Shown: positions 7,678-17,357 of the stretch, in pieces
Position numbering within the stretch: the first letter of the stretch is position 1
Layout: the number at the start of each line of letters is the position of its first letter
NCBI GenBank assembly: GCA_045594865.1
Contig: JAZNZI010000135.1
Coordinates: forward strand, 1 to 32,057
Length of the DNA stretch: 32,057 nt
Reading direction: 5' to 3'
From: Eubacteriales bacterium
GTDB lineage: Bacteria; Bacillota; Clostridia; Oscillospirales; CAG-272
Notes under the pieces: generated by a model
Databases searched by the model: none
Told to the model about the DNA's origin: nothing
The model's input: only the letters and a program-made list of their open reading frames with translations
Program-made: the position numbers and the translations under genes

Positions 7678-8505
7678 TTATTTATCCTTTTCTTCGTCAT
7701 TTTCTGTTGGATCAGAGTCAAATTCGCTTTCTGTCGCCTGGTTTGGATCGTAGTCGGGGTTAAGCCTGAACATCATATCCAGACCGCGCTCGTTGTATTC
7801 CACCACATCGTCTATTACCGTCACGGTGGTGATAAGTATTCTGCGCAGCTTGATAAGCTCAAGTATACCCATAAATCTTGCCACGATCTCCGAGCGTGAT
7901 TCAGAGTCACGGAGCAGGAAGAATAGCGATGCCTCCTCCTTTTCGGCAAGCACCTCGCACATCTGCTCAATCTTCTCCTCGACGGATATTATCTTGTGCT
8001 TGATAAGAGGATTTACAAGCTCGGTAGGATGCTTCTGAGCATCGGCGATCTTCATTCGTTTGAGAACCGATTCAAGAGCCTTGATCAGCATTCCCGAGTC
8101 GAGATTCAGGGGCAGTCCCTTTTCGGGTGGTATCTCGTCGGTTCCCTTGACGAATCTTCCCGAATACTCATCGTATCTCGGCTTCAGCTCCTGCGCCACC
8201 AGCTTTGCCTGCTGATAAAGCATAAGCGCATCGGCAATCTCTCGACGGGGATCGTTCTCGTTACCCTCCTCGTGGGGAAGAAGCATACGGCTCTTTATGA
8301 GCATAAGCTCGCTTGCCATAACGATAAACTCGCTGGCAACGTCGGGGTCCATTTTCTGCGCCTCTTCAATATATTCCATATACTGATCGCAGATAAGGGC
8401 GATCGGTATATCCGCAATGCTGACCTTGTTTTTGCTTATAAGTGTAAGCAAAAGGTCCAGCGGTCCTTCGAATTGATCGAGGCGATAAGTCACTTGTTCA
8501 ATCAT
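7678..8505 (-). CDS. scpA: Segregation and condensation protein A (kleisin)
   Basis: FEGPLDLLLTLI, EFIVMASELMLIKSRMLLP and FMGILELIK. Confidence 0.95.
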   Translation of the reverse strand: MIEQVTYRLDQFEGPLDLLLTLISKNKVSIADIPIALICDQYMEYIEEAQKMDPDVASEFIVMASELMLIKSRMLLPHEEGNENDPRREIADALMLYQQAKLVAQELKPRYDEYSGRFVKGTDEIPPEKGLPLNLDSGMLIKALESVLKRMKIADAQKHPTELVNPLIKHKIISVEEKIEQMCEVLAEKEEASLFFLLRDSESRSEIVARFMGILELIKLRRILITTVTVIDDVVEYNERGLDMMFRLNPDYDPNQATESEFDSDPTENDEEKDK

Positions 8506-8525
8506 AAAAACGTCCTACTTTAAAA

Positions 8526-9269
8526 TCAAACTTTCAAAAAGGGGATCAGCTGCCAGAAGCCGAGCATAAGGTCGGAGACCCAACCGATTACTGTACCGAG
8601 CATATCCGACAGAGAGAGTATTCCCGCAAGCCAGTAAAGCACGGGATTGCTTGCAACAAAGGGAATCATTCGCACGCCCTGCGCCGCATAGTCGCCGAGC
8701 AATAGCCAGATAACTACGCCGTAATATATTTTACGCTCGTATTTCATAATGGCAAAATAGGTCTTTGGAGGCAGAAAAACGTTAAGCAGCCTTGAGCCGT
8801 CAAAGGGCGGTATAGGCAACAGGTTAAATAAGCCAAGACCGATATTTACCGAGTGGAAAATAAAGAGAAACGTGAGCGTATTGTTGATTACGTGGTATAA
8901 AAAGTTCTTTGACTCAAAGGTCATATCCCTTACAAGCGCAAAGGTAAGCAGATAAAGAAACGCGGCAAAAAATCCGAGTATCAGGTTGGACAGCGGTCCT
9001 GCCGCCGCAGTGATCGCAAAGCCCTTTTTGGGATCCTTGAAATTTCTCGCGTTGATCGGAACGGGCTTCGCCCATCCAACGTGAAACAGCACCATACAGA
9101 TCGCGCCGTATGGATCAAGGTGCTTCAGCGGATTGAGAGTAAGTCTGCCAATATTCTTCGCAGTATCATCACCCATTTTATACGCCGCATAGCCGTGACA
9201 GTATTCGTGTACCGTCAGAGCAATAAGCGCGGCAAGGGCGGATAAAATATAGTATATCACAGTTTCCAT
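8526..9269 (-). CDS. Site-2 protease family (M50) intramembrane metalloprotease
   Basis: HEYCH (HExxH), GRLTLNPLKHLDP, GWAKPVP, AGPLSN and FNLLPIPPFDG. Confidence 0.93.
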   Translation of the reverse strand: METVIYYILSALAALIALTVHEYCHGYAAYKMGDDTAKNIGRLTLNPLKHLDPYGAICMVLFHVGWAKPVPINARNFKDPKKGFAITAAAGPLSNLILGFFAAFLYLLTFALVRDMTFESKNFLYHVINNTLTFLFIFHSVNIGLGLFNLLPIPPFDGSRLLNVFLPPKTYFAIMKYERKIYYGVVIWLLLGDYAAQGVRMIPFVASNPVLYWLAGILSLSDMLGTVIGWVSDLMLGFWQLIPFLKV

Positions 9270-9287
9270 AAATAATCCTTTTCCGAA

Positions 9288-9887
9288 TTAAGAAATTGCG
9301 TCGGATATTCTTCTCCAAACCTCATCCTTGCCGTCACGTGTCACCGACGAGAAGGGAATAACTTCTATTCCCGTACCGTTAAAATATTGGTTTTGCAGAT
9401 CCTCGAGCGCATTTTTAAGGGCGGTCTTAGACAGCTTATCGGTCTTCGTCGCCACCACGATAAAGGGGATCTCGCGCTCAAGCATCATATTGATCATCAT
9501 AATATCATCGTCCGAGGGTCCCGTTCTGATATCTATAAGCTGAATTACCAGCTTAAGCGCATCAGCAGAGGGGTTTTTAAGAAAATAATCCTCGGTAAGC
9601 GTGCTCCAGGAGCGTTTTGAGTCCATGGAGCGCTTTGCATACCCGTAGCCGGGTAGGTCAACCAGATAAAGCTTCTTGTCAACATTGTAGAAGTTTATGG
9701 TTATGGTCTTTCCGGGAGCAGATGAAACCCTTGCCAGCGATTTTCTACTCAGCAAAGTGTTGATAAGCGAGCTCTTGCCCACGTTGGATCTGCCCGAGAG
9801 AGCGATCTGCGGTCTGGGATCGCGTGGGAACTGCCTCTGCGCACCCGCGGTAAGAGCGATATCGCAATTATTGACGTTTATTTTCAT
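9288..9887 (-). CDS. engB: Ribosome biogenesis GTP-binding protein YsxC/EngB
   Basis: GRSNVGKSS, PGKT, DLPGYG and TKTDK; directly downstream of lon, as usual. Confidence 0.96.
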   Translation of the reverse strand: MKINVNNCDIALTAGAQRQFPRDPRPQIALSGRSNVGKSSLINTLLSRKSLARVSSAPGKTITINFYNVDKKLYLVDLPGYGYAKRSMDSKRSWSTLTEDYFLKNPSADALKLVIQLIDIRTGPSDDDIMMINMMLEREIPFIVVATKTDKLSKTALKNALEDLQNQYFNGTGIEVIPFSSVTRDGKDEVWRRISDAIS

Positions 9888-9911
9888 TGTTATGCCCGTC
9901 CTTTTAAAAGT

Positions 9912-12245
9912 TTAGCGACAGAGAGCCGCCACAAGAACGTCGTCGGCGGTCTTACAGGGGATGAACTTAAGATGCTCTCTTGCCTCGGCGTCAATATCGT
10001 CAAGGTCGCGCATATTATCCTCGGGAATAAGCACGGTGCTGATACCCGCTCTGTATGCTGCGAGAGTTTTCTCTTTAAGCCCGCCGATAGGCAAAACCTT
10101 TCCGCGCAGGGTGATCTCGCCCGTCATAGCCACGTCGCGCTTTACGGATATGCCTGCGAGGGCGCTGACCATAGCAGTCACCATAGTCACACCTGCGGAG
10201 GGGCCGTCCTTGGGAATTGCACCCTCGGGGAAGTGAACGTGGATATCCTTGTCTTTATAAAAGTCGGGACTGATGCCGTATTTTTCTGCCACGGTGCGAA
10301 CGTAGGAATGAGCGATCTTTGCAGATTCTTTCATAACCTCGCCCAGTGAGCCTGTAAGCTCAATTTTACCTCCGCCCTCCATAACGGCAACCTCTACCTT
10401 GAGTAGATCGCCACCTGCCTGGGTGTAGGCAAGTCCGTTTACTATGCCGATAGGATCTCTTTCCTCAAGGCGCTCGGGAATTACCTTGCGCTTGCCAAGA
10501 TATTCTGAAATGTTCTTCTCAGTGATGCGAACGCTCTTTGCTTTGCCCTCGGCAATTTTCTTCGCGCTCTTACGGATAAGAGATGCGAGCTCTCTCTCAA
10601 GATTTCTCACGCCCGCCTCCTTGGTGTAGTTGCGGATAAGGGCGAGAATACCTCCGTCGGTGATCTTAAACACGCGTGCGGGAACACCGTTGCGCTTAAG
10701 CTGCTTTGGGATAAGATGATTTTTTGCAATATCCAGCTTCTCGGAGTCGTTGTAGGTGGAAATCTCAATAACCTCCATACGGTCGAGTAGGGGAGAGGGA
10801 ATACCGTCGTAGCTGTTTGCAGTTGCGATAAACAGAGTATCCGACAGGTCGATGGGAATCTCCATAAAGTTGTCGCGGAAGGACTTGTTCTGCTCGGGAT
10901 CAAGTACCTCAAGCAGTGCAGAGGTGGGATCGCCGCGGAAGTTAGAGGAGAGCTTATCTATCTCGTCGAGAACGATAACCGGGTTCTCGCTCTTTGGATT
11001 GATTATCGGAGTGACGATACGGCCGGGCATAGCGACAAGGTAGGTCTTGCTGTGACCGCGGATCTCTGCCGCGTCGTGCATACCGCCGAGGGAAACGCGG
11101 GCATATTTTCTGCCGAGCGCACGGGCAACAGATGCCGCAATAGAGGTCTTACCCACACCGGGAGGGCCTACGAGGCAGATTATCTGATTCTTTACGTCAG
11201 GGCTGAACTGTCTTACAGCCACGAACTCGAGAATTCTGTCCTTAACCTTGGTAAGTCCGTCGTGGTCGCTGTCGAGAATGTTCTTTGCCTCCTCAACGGA
11301 GATCCTTTCCTCGCTCTTGATGCCGAAGGGGTAGTCAAGGCAGGTGTCAAGATAACTGCGAATAACCGTACCCTCAGCCGCGCCAAAGGGAGTTTTTGAA
11401 AGCTTGGAAAGCTCTTTATAGAGCTTTTCCTTGATCTCCTCGGGCATTTTTGCTGCGGAAATCTTCTCGTCGTACTCCTTAAGCTCGTCGTCATCCTCGA
11501 ATTCGCCAAGCTCGGACTGAAGCGCCTTTATTTGCTCACGAAGGAAGTAGTCCTTCTGATTTTTGTCAATTTTTTCGCGCACGCTGCGCTGAATATCTCT
11601 CTCACACCGGAGGATCATAAGCTCCTCGGCGAGAGCTACAAGTAGCTTTTCAAGACGCGCCTTTGATGTGACAGCCTCAAGTACCGTCTGCTTATTTTTA
11701 TAGTCGATAATTGCCGAGGATGCAACAAAATCGGCAAAGTACCCCGGAGACTTGATGGCTTCTGCGGCAATTCTTATCTCCTCGTCAAAATTAGGATGCA
11801 CCTCGACCATCTGTCTGAGCATATTGTTGGCCTCAAGCATCAGCGCCTGAAGCTGCTCGTTCGGCTTGAAGCTCTGTCTTTCCTTCTTAGCGATAACCGA
11901 AGCAATAAGGTATCCGCTCTCCTCGTGAACGGGACCGATCTTCGCTCTGTAAAGTCCCTCGAAGATTACCGACAGATTTCCGTGGGGATTCTTAACCACG
12001 TGCTTTATCTCTGCCACAACACCCATACGGTACAGATCCTCGTCCTTAGGCTCCTCGCAGGAAATATCCTTTTGCGTTACCAGCAGCACTCTTGCGTCGT
12101 GCATAGTTGCCGCGGCGGTAAATGCCTTAAGCGACATAGGTCTTACTATTTCTATGTTTACCTGTACAGCAGGGAAGCCGACCAGTCCGCGCAGTGGGAT
12201 CAAGGGCAGCGTCATTTCTTCAAATATATCTATTCTATCAGACAT
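9912..12245 (-). CDS. lon: ATP-dependent protease La (LonA)
   Basis: N domain (LPLIPLRG), Walker A GPPGVGKT, Walker B VLDEID, ALLEVLDPEQN, catalytic PKDGPSAG and PIGGLKEK. Confidence 0.97.
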   Translation of the reverse strand: MSDRIDIFEEMTLPLIPLRGLVGFPAVQVNIEIVRPMSLKAFTAAATMHDARVLLVTQKDISCEEPKDEDLYRMGVVAEIKHVVKNPHGNLSVIFEGLYRAKIGPVHEESGYLIASVIAKKERQSFKPNEQLQALMLEANNMLRQMVEVHPNFDEEIRIAAEAIKSPGYFADFVASSAIIDYKNKQTVLEAVTSKARLEKLLVALAEELMILRCERDIQRSVREKIDKNQKDYFLREQIKALQSELGEFEDDDELKEYDEKISAAKMPEEIKEKLYKELSKLSKTPFGAAEGTVIRSYLDTCLDYPFGIKSEERISVEEAKNILDSDHDGLTKVKDRILEFVAVRQFSPDVKNQIICLVGPPGVGKTSIAASVARALGRKYARVSLGGMHDAAEIRGHSKTYLVAMPGRIVTPIINPKSENPVIVLDEIDKLSSNFRGDPTSALLEVLDPEQNKSFRDNFMEIPIDLSDTLFIATANSYDGIPSPLLDRMEVIEISTYNDSEKLDIAKNHLIPKQLKRNGVPARVFKITDGGILALIRNYTKEAGVRNLERELASLIRKSAKKIAEGKAKSVRITEKNISEYLGKRKVIPERLEERDPIGIVNGLAYTQAGGDLLKVEVAVMEGGGKIELTGSLGEVMKESAKIAHSYVRTVAEKYGISPDFYKDKDIHVHFPEGAIPKDGPSAGVTMVTAMVSALAGISVKRDVAMTGEITLRGKVLPIGGLKEKTLAAYRAGISTVLIPEDNMRDLDDIDAEAREHLKFIPCKTADDVLVAALCR

Positions 12246-12340
12246 TTTATTTTACCTTTCTTCGCCTTTGCAGCGGGGAACACCCGATAATCTCATATAA
12301 ATCCAACCGAAATCCGCATCAGCGCATACAAAATCAGTAT

Positions 12341-12369
12341 ATTATAACATAAATAAAAGGAAAAGTCTA
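12341..12369 (-). promoter_or_regulatory. Sigma-A promoter for the lon operon
   Basis: Minus strand TAGACT-N17-TATAAT with an extended TGn. Confidence 0.6.
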
Positions 12370-12440
12370 TAGTTTTAATAAATTTAACAATAGATTTAAA
12401 AATACTTTACTTCTTTCAATATTATTTTACTTATTTTAAA

Positions 12441-12469
12441 TTGACTATCATAAATAAATGTGCTATAAT
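12441..12469 (+). promoter_or_regulatory. Sigma-A promoter for the ruvC operon
   Basis: TTGACT-N17-TATAAT with an extended TGc. Confidence 0.7.
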
Positions 12470-12515
12470 AATTAAATAGAAAAATATGGCCATTTGGCAG
12501 ATGGGAGGCGCTTCT

Positions 12516-13016
12516 ATGAGAATACTTGGTATTGACCCTGGACTTGCTATCGTGGGTTGGGCTGTTCTTGACAGCAATCGGGGTCAGCTTCGGCCTGTTG
12601 CATTCGGCGCAATTACCACGCCCGCGCACACCTCGGTGGAATCTCGGCTTCTTACTATAAAGACCGATCTTGAGAGCATAATAGACAAGTATCATCCCGA
12701 CGAGATGGCGATAGAGGAGCTTTTCTTCAACACAAACATTACCACGGGTATTACGGTTGCAGAGGCGCGCGGAGTTATTCTTTGCACCGCTCAAGCCAAG
12801 GGCTTGAAGATCAGCGAATACACACCCCTGCAGGTAAAGCAGGCGGTGGTCGGATACGGCAAGGCAGAGAAGCATCAGGTTATCGCAATGGTCACCTCAA
12901 TATTGAAGCTGAAAAAGCCGCCGAAGCCCGACGATACCGCCGATGCGGTTGCTATTGCCATCTGCCACTCACAGTGTGCAGGCTCGGCAATCGGAAAATA
13001 CTTTAATCAAAGATAG
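12516..13016 (+). CDS. ruvC: Crossover junction endodeoxyribonuclease RuvC
   Basis: MRILGIDPG, AIEELFF, EYTPLQVKQAVVGYGKAEK and PDDTADA. GGAGG precedes ATG 12516. Confidence 0.96.
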   Translation: MRILGIDPGLAIVGWAVLDSNRGQLRPVAFGAITTPAHTSVESRLLTIKTDLESIIDKYHPDEMAIEELFFNTNITTGITVAEARGVILCTAQAKGLKISEYTPLQVKQAVVGYGKAEKHQVIAMVTSILKLKKPPKPDDTADAVAIAICHSQCAGSAIGKYFNQR

Positions 13017-13025
13017 GATAGAATT

Positions 13026-13892
13026 ATGTGGTTAGCAGATAATTGGAAAGACTATACAGTAATAGATACCTCCTCGGGCGAGAAGCTTGAAAGGTGGGGA
13101 AAGTACACCCTCATTCGTCCCGACCCCCAGGTGATTTGGAAGACAGATAAGAAAAATCCTCTTTGGCGCACCGCTGATGCAAGCTATAAGCGCAGTCGCT
13201 CGGGCGGAGGCGCGTGGAGTGATAACAAGCTTCCCGAGAGCTGGGTGATCTCATACCGCGACCTTTCCTTCCGCATTAAGCCGATGGGCTTTAAGCATAC
13301 GGGTCTTTTTCCCGAGCAGGCGGCAAATTGGGATTGGTTTAGCGATCTGATCAAGAACGCAGAAAGACCTATCAAGGTGCTTAATCTTTTTGCATACACA
13401 GGCGGTGCAACCGTAGCAGCAGCCAAGGCGGGCGCGCAGGTCGTTCACGTCGACGCGGCAAAGGGCATGGTTGCGGCGGCGAAGGATAACGCAAGGCTTT
13501 CGGGACTTGCAGATGCGCCTATCAGATATATCGTTGACGATTGCAAGAAATTTATCGAACGTGAGATCCGTCGAGGAAATAAGTACGACGGTATAATTAT
13601 GGACCCTCCTTCCTATGGCAGAGGCCCTACGGGAGAGGTGTGGAAGATAGAGGAGAATATCGACGAGTTTGTTGCTCTTACTGCAAATCTTCTCTCGGAT
13701 GAGCCTATCTTCTTCCTCCTTAATTCCTATACCACAGGTCTTTCGGCATCAACGATGAAGTACATAACGTCGGTACGTCTTTTATCAAAAAGAGGGGGAT
13801 ATTCCGAGGCAGACGAGCTTGGATTACCTGTTGGCGACTCCGGACTCGCACTTCCTTGCGGCTCCAGCGTACGCGTGACCTTCAAAAAATAA
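13026..13892 (+). CDS. Class I SAM-dependent methyltransferase (RlmI/RlmK-like)
   Basis: HTGLFPEQ, VLNLFAYTG and MDPPSYG. Confidence 0.88.
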   Translation: MWLADNWKDYTVIDTSSGEKLERWGKYTLIRPDPQVIWKTDKKNPLWRTADASYKRSRSGGGAWSDNKLPESWVISYRDLSFRIKPMGFKHTGLFPEQAANWDWFSDLIKNAERPIKVLNLFAYTGGATVAAAKAGAQVVHVDAAKGMVAAAKDNARLSGLADAPIRYIVDDCKKFIEREIRRGNKYDGIIMDPPSYGRGPTGEVWKIEENIDEFVALTANLLSDEPIFFLLNSYTTGLSASTMKYITSVRLLSKRGGYSEADELGLPVGDSGLALPCGSSVRVTFKK

Positions 13893-13906
13893 GATAGGAA
13901 AAAATA

Positions 13907-14773
13907 ATGAAAGATTATATTATTAAAACCGAAAATCTCGGCTTTACCTATGAGGATTCCGCAGAGGAAAATTCATCCGAGATTCCCGCACTCATCGGGG
14001 TTAATATAAATATTGAGCGGGGCGAGTACGTTGCTATCCTTGGTCACAACGGCTCGGGTAAATCCACCCTCGCTAAGCTCTTAAATATGATACTTGCGCC
14101 TACCGTGGGAAAAATATATATCGACGGCACCGATATTACCGCCGAGGATTTCAGCGAGGATGACGTTTTCGACATCCGCCGCAAGATTGGTATGGTGTTC
14201 CAGAATCCCGATAATCAGCTTGTAGCTACTATCGTGGAGGAGGATGTTGCCTTCGGCCCCGAGAACCTCGGACTTCCTCGCGAGGAGATACGCAGACGGG
14301 TCAATTCCTCGCTTGCTCTCGTTGGTATGACCGAGTATGCCCGCCACGCACCTCACAAGCTTTCAGGCGGACAGAAGCAGCGCGTTGCCATAGCGGGCAT
14401 TATCGCTATGAAGCCCCAGGTTATTATCTTTGACGAGTCTACCGCTATGCTGGATCCTTTGGGCAGACGCGAGGTGGTGGATATTATGGAGCGCCTTAAC
14501 AGAGATGAGGGTATAACCGTTCTTAATATTACTCACTATATGGAGGAGGCTGCAAAAGCCGACCGCGTTATCGTTATCAACGACGGTAAAATTGCCCTTG
14601 ACGGAACTCCGAGAGAGGTGTTCGGTCAGGTGGATAGGCTTCGTTCTATGGGACTTGAAGCGCCTCAGGGCAACGAGCTTGTGCTTGAGCTGAAAAAGGC
14701 AGGACTTAAAATTAACGGTGAATCTCTCACCGAGGATGAGTGTATTGAAACACTCTATAAACTTCTTTCGTAA
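13907..14773 (+). CDS. ecfA1: Energy-coupling factor transporter ATPase A1
   Basis: GHNGSGKST, VFQNPDNQ, LSGGQKQR and FDEST; lies in an ecfA-ecfA'-ecfT-truA cluster. Confidence 0.93.
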   Translation: MKDYIIKTENLGFTYEDSAEENSSEIPALIGVNINIERGEYVAILGHNGSGKSTLAKLLNMILAPTVGKIYIDGTDITAEDFSEDDVFDIRRKIGMVFQNPDNQLVATIVEEDVAFGPENLGLPREEIRRRVNSSLALVGMTEYARHAPHKLSGGQKQRVAIAGIIAMKPQVIIFDESTAMLDPLGRREVVDIMERLNRDEGITVLNITHYMEEAAKADRVIVINDGKIALDGTPREVFGQVDRLRSMGLEAPQGNELVLELKKAGLKINGESLTEDECIETLYKLLS

Positions 14774-14790
14774 GATGAGGAAAGCAAAAA

Positions 14791-15654
14791 ATGAATGATA
14801 TTCTAAGAGTAGAAAACCTTTCCTACGTTTACGGAAAGGGAACACCCTTTGAAAAGGTTGCGCTTGATAATATCAGTGTCTCCTTTGTAAAGGGCAAAAT
14901 CACAGGACTTATCGGTCACACAGGCTCCGGTAAATCCACACTTGTAAATTTGCTTAACGGACTGCTGAAGCCCACCTCGGGTAAGGTCTATCTTGACGGC
15001 AAGGATATTTGGGAAAATCCCAAGGAAATATCCAAGATCAGATTTAGAGTAGGCCTTGTTATGCAGTATCCCGAGTATCAGCTTTTTGATGAAACCGTAA
15101 GAGCCGATATAGGCTTCGCCCCCCGCAACCTCGGGCTATCCGACGAGGAGATAGAGGAGCGGGTTAATTTAGCCGCCCGCTTTGCAGGCATCGAAGCTGA
15201 TATGCTTGATAAATCCCCCTTTGAGCTTTCAGGCGGACAGAAGCGCCGCGTTGCTATCGCGGGTATTATCGCTATGCGTCCTGACGTGCTTGTCCTTGAC
15301 GAGCCTGCGGCGGGTCTTGATCCTCGCGGCAGACGTGAGATTCTCGGCAGCCTTCGCAATTATGCCGAGAGTATGAACGCCTCTGTAATCCTCGTCAGTC
15401 ACTCTATGGAGGATATGGCGCATTATTGCGACAACGTAGTTGTAATGAATTCTGCCAAGGTTTATCGTACGGGAACTGTAAAAGAGATCTTCTCGGAGGC
15501 AGACGACCTTATATCCGTTGGACTCGACGTTCCTATGATCGCTCGGGTTGCGGGCGAGCTTGTAAAGCGCGGTATTGACCTTAAGGGTGAGCTTTATACC
15601 GTTGAGGGAGTTAAGGCGGCAATACTTGAATACGTAAAGGAGGGTGGAAGATGA
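14791..15654 (+). CDS. ecfA2: Energy-coupling factor transporter ATPase A2
   Basis: GTPFEK, GHTGSGKST, QYPEYQLF, SPFELSGGQKRR and LDEP. Confidence 0.93.
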   Translation: MNDILRVENLSYVYGKGTPFEKVALDNISVSFVKGKITGLIGHTGSGKSTLVNLLNGLLKPTSGKVYLDGKDIWENPKEISKIRFRVGLVMQYPEYQLFDETVRADIGFAPRNLGLSDEEIEERVNLAARFAGIEADMLDKSPFELSGGQKRRVAIAGIIAMRPDVLVLDEPAAGLDPRGRREILGSLRNYAESMNASVILVSHSMEDMAHYCDNVVVMNSAKVYRTGTVKEIFSEADDLISVGLDVPMIARVAGELVKRGIDLKGELYTVEGVKAAILEYVKEGGR

Positions 15655-16511
15655 TTTCTGATATTACCCTCGGTCAATTTTTCCCTGGATACTCACCTAT
15701 ACACAGGCTTGATCCCAGGACAAAGATCATTCTTGCAACGTTGTTTATCATAGCTGTATTCGTGGCGGTAAATCCCGTAAGCTTCCTTTTGCTTACCGTG
15801 CTTACACTTGTGCTTATTGCTATTAGCCGTATTTCCTTTAAGGTGATATTGAAAAGCATAAAGCCTATAGTTTTTATTCTACTTTTCACGGCTCTTATTA
15901 ATATCTTTATGACCAAGGGCGAGGGAACACCTCTCTTGTCATTCTGGATCATAAATATTTATGAGGAGGGTATTGCCAGAGCGGTTATGATGGCGCTTCG
16001 CGTTATTATTCTCATCGTGGGTACCAGTATTCTCTTAACCTATACCACGTCACCTATTTCTCTGACAGACGGTCTTGAGTCGCTTCTTTATCCATTGAAG
16101 AAAATAAACGTACCAGTCCACACCTTTGCAATGATGATGTCTATTGCGCTCAGATTTATCCCCACTCTCGTGGAGGAGACCGAGAAGATTATGAACGCGC
16201 AGAAATCCCGCGGAGCAGACTTCACCTCGGGTAGTCTCGTTCAGCGCGCAAAGGCGCTTATTCCTCTTCTCGTTCCGCTGTTCGTGTCATCCTTCAAGCG
16301 GGCAGAGGAGCTGGCAACGGCTATGGAGTGCCGATGCTACAGAGGTGATAAAAACAGAACCAAGCTTGTAAAGCTTGAATATCACGGCTGTGACTTTGCA
16401 TTTATGTCGATTTTCGCGCTTCTCCTTGCAGGAATTATCTGCCTTGCAATTTTGCCTTATAATTTTGAGTCCTTCGGCATAATTTATGATTTGCTATTCT
16501 ACAGGGTATAA
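15651..16511 (+). CDS. ecfT: Energy-coupling factor transporter T component
   Basis: HRLDPRTK, ALRFIPTL, AQKSRG and AMECRCY. Confidence 0.93.
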   Translation: MISDITLGQFFPGYSPIHRLDPRTKIILATLFIIAVFVAVNPVSFLLLTVLTLVLIAISRISFKVILKSIKPIVFILLFTALINIFMTKGEGTPLLSFWIINIYEEGIARAVMMALRVIILIVGTSILLTYTTSPISLTDGLESLLYPLKKINVPVHTFAMMMSIALRFIPTLVEETEKIMNAQKSRGADFTSGSLVQRAKALIPLLVPLFVSSFKRAEELATAMECRCYRGDKNRTKLVKLEYHGCDFAFMSIFALLLAGIICLAILPYNFESFGIIYDLLFYRV

Positions 16512-16520
16512 GGTGGTTTT

Positions 16521-17264
16521 ATGAAATATTTTGCAAAGATAAGCTATCTTGGCACCGCCTTTCACGGCTTTCAGGTGCAGCCGGGGCTTCGTACCGTTCA
16601 GGGCGAGCTTAACGCTGCCTTGAATCAGGCGTTCGGACTTCCTTGCAGGGTGACAGGCTGCAGTCGCACCGATGCAGGTGTTCACGCGAATGAGTTTTGC
16701 CTCACCGTTGAATGTGACGGAGGAACTATCCCTGCAGACAAGCTGCCTATCGCGGTAGCGCGTTTTCTGCCGACCGATCTTTCGCTTTTCTATGCCGAGG
16801 AATGCTCGGATGATTTTCACCCCCGCTATGACGTAAAGGAAAAGGAATATTTATACAGAATAATCAACAGACCGATATACGATCCCTTCGACTTTGGCAG
16901 AGCCTGGTTCTTATCAAGACCAATCACAGACGAGGGACTTCTGCTTATGAAGCAGGCGGCAAAGCATTTTATAGGTAAAATGGATTTTTCCACCTTTATG
17001 TCCGAAGGCTCTGACGTGGAGGATACGGTACGAAATGTGACCGCACTTTCTGTTGAAAGATGTGGCGATCTTATTGAGGTTCGCATTTGTGCCGACGGCT
17101 TTTTATACAATATGGTACGCATAATCGTAGGCACTCTTACCGAGGTGGCATTCGGCAGAATATCTCCCGACGGTATTCCCGATATTATATCATCACGCGA
17201 CCGCTCCCGCGCGGGAATGACCGCGCCTGCCGACGGCTTGTTTTTAAACAAGGTTGTCTATTGA
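16521..17264 (+). CDS. truA: tRNA pseudouridine(38-40) synthase
   Basis: FHGFQVQ, SRTDAGVHA, GFLYNMVR and TAPADGL. Confidence 0.96.
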   Translation: MKYFAKISYLGTAFHGFQVQPGLRTVQGELNAALNQAFGLPCRVTGCSRTDAGVHANEFCLTVECDGGTIPADKLPIAVARFLPTDLSLFYAEECSDDFHPRYDVKEKEYLYRIINRPIYDPFDFGRAWFLSRPITDEGLLLMKQAAKHFIGKMDFSTFMSEGSDVEDTVRNVTALSVERCGDLIEVRICADGFLYNMVRIIVGTLTEVAFGRISPDGIPDIISSRDRSRAGMTAPADGLFLNKVVY

Positions 17265-17302
17265 TTTCCTCGGTTTCCACCAAAACAACAAAATAAAAAT
17301 TT

Positions 17303-17344
17303 GCTCCGTGTGACAAGATTAGAAAAAGTCATACGGAGCTTTTT
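17303..17344 (+). terminator. Putative intrinsic terminator between truA and the PBP gene
   Basis: GCTCCGTGTGAC...GTCATACGGAGC forms a 12-bp stem with one G-U pair, followed by TTTTT. Confidence 0.6.
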
Positions 17345-17357
17345 GTTGGGAGATAAC

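Noticed and set aside
12246-12515. Search for CIRCE, CtsR or LexA (GAAC-N4-GTTC) boxes in the lon/ruvC divergent region
   Set aside because: No convincing match by eye; only sigma-A promoters are supported.
12396-12875. 159-aa minus-strand ORF, and similar long antisense ORFs at 4827-5603, 22821-23699 and 25626-26210
   Set aside because: They are shadows of well-supported genes on the opposite strand, with no recognisable motifs.
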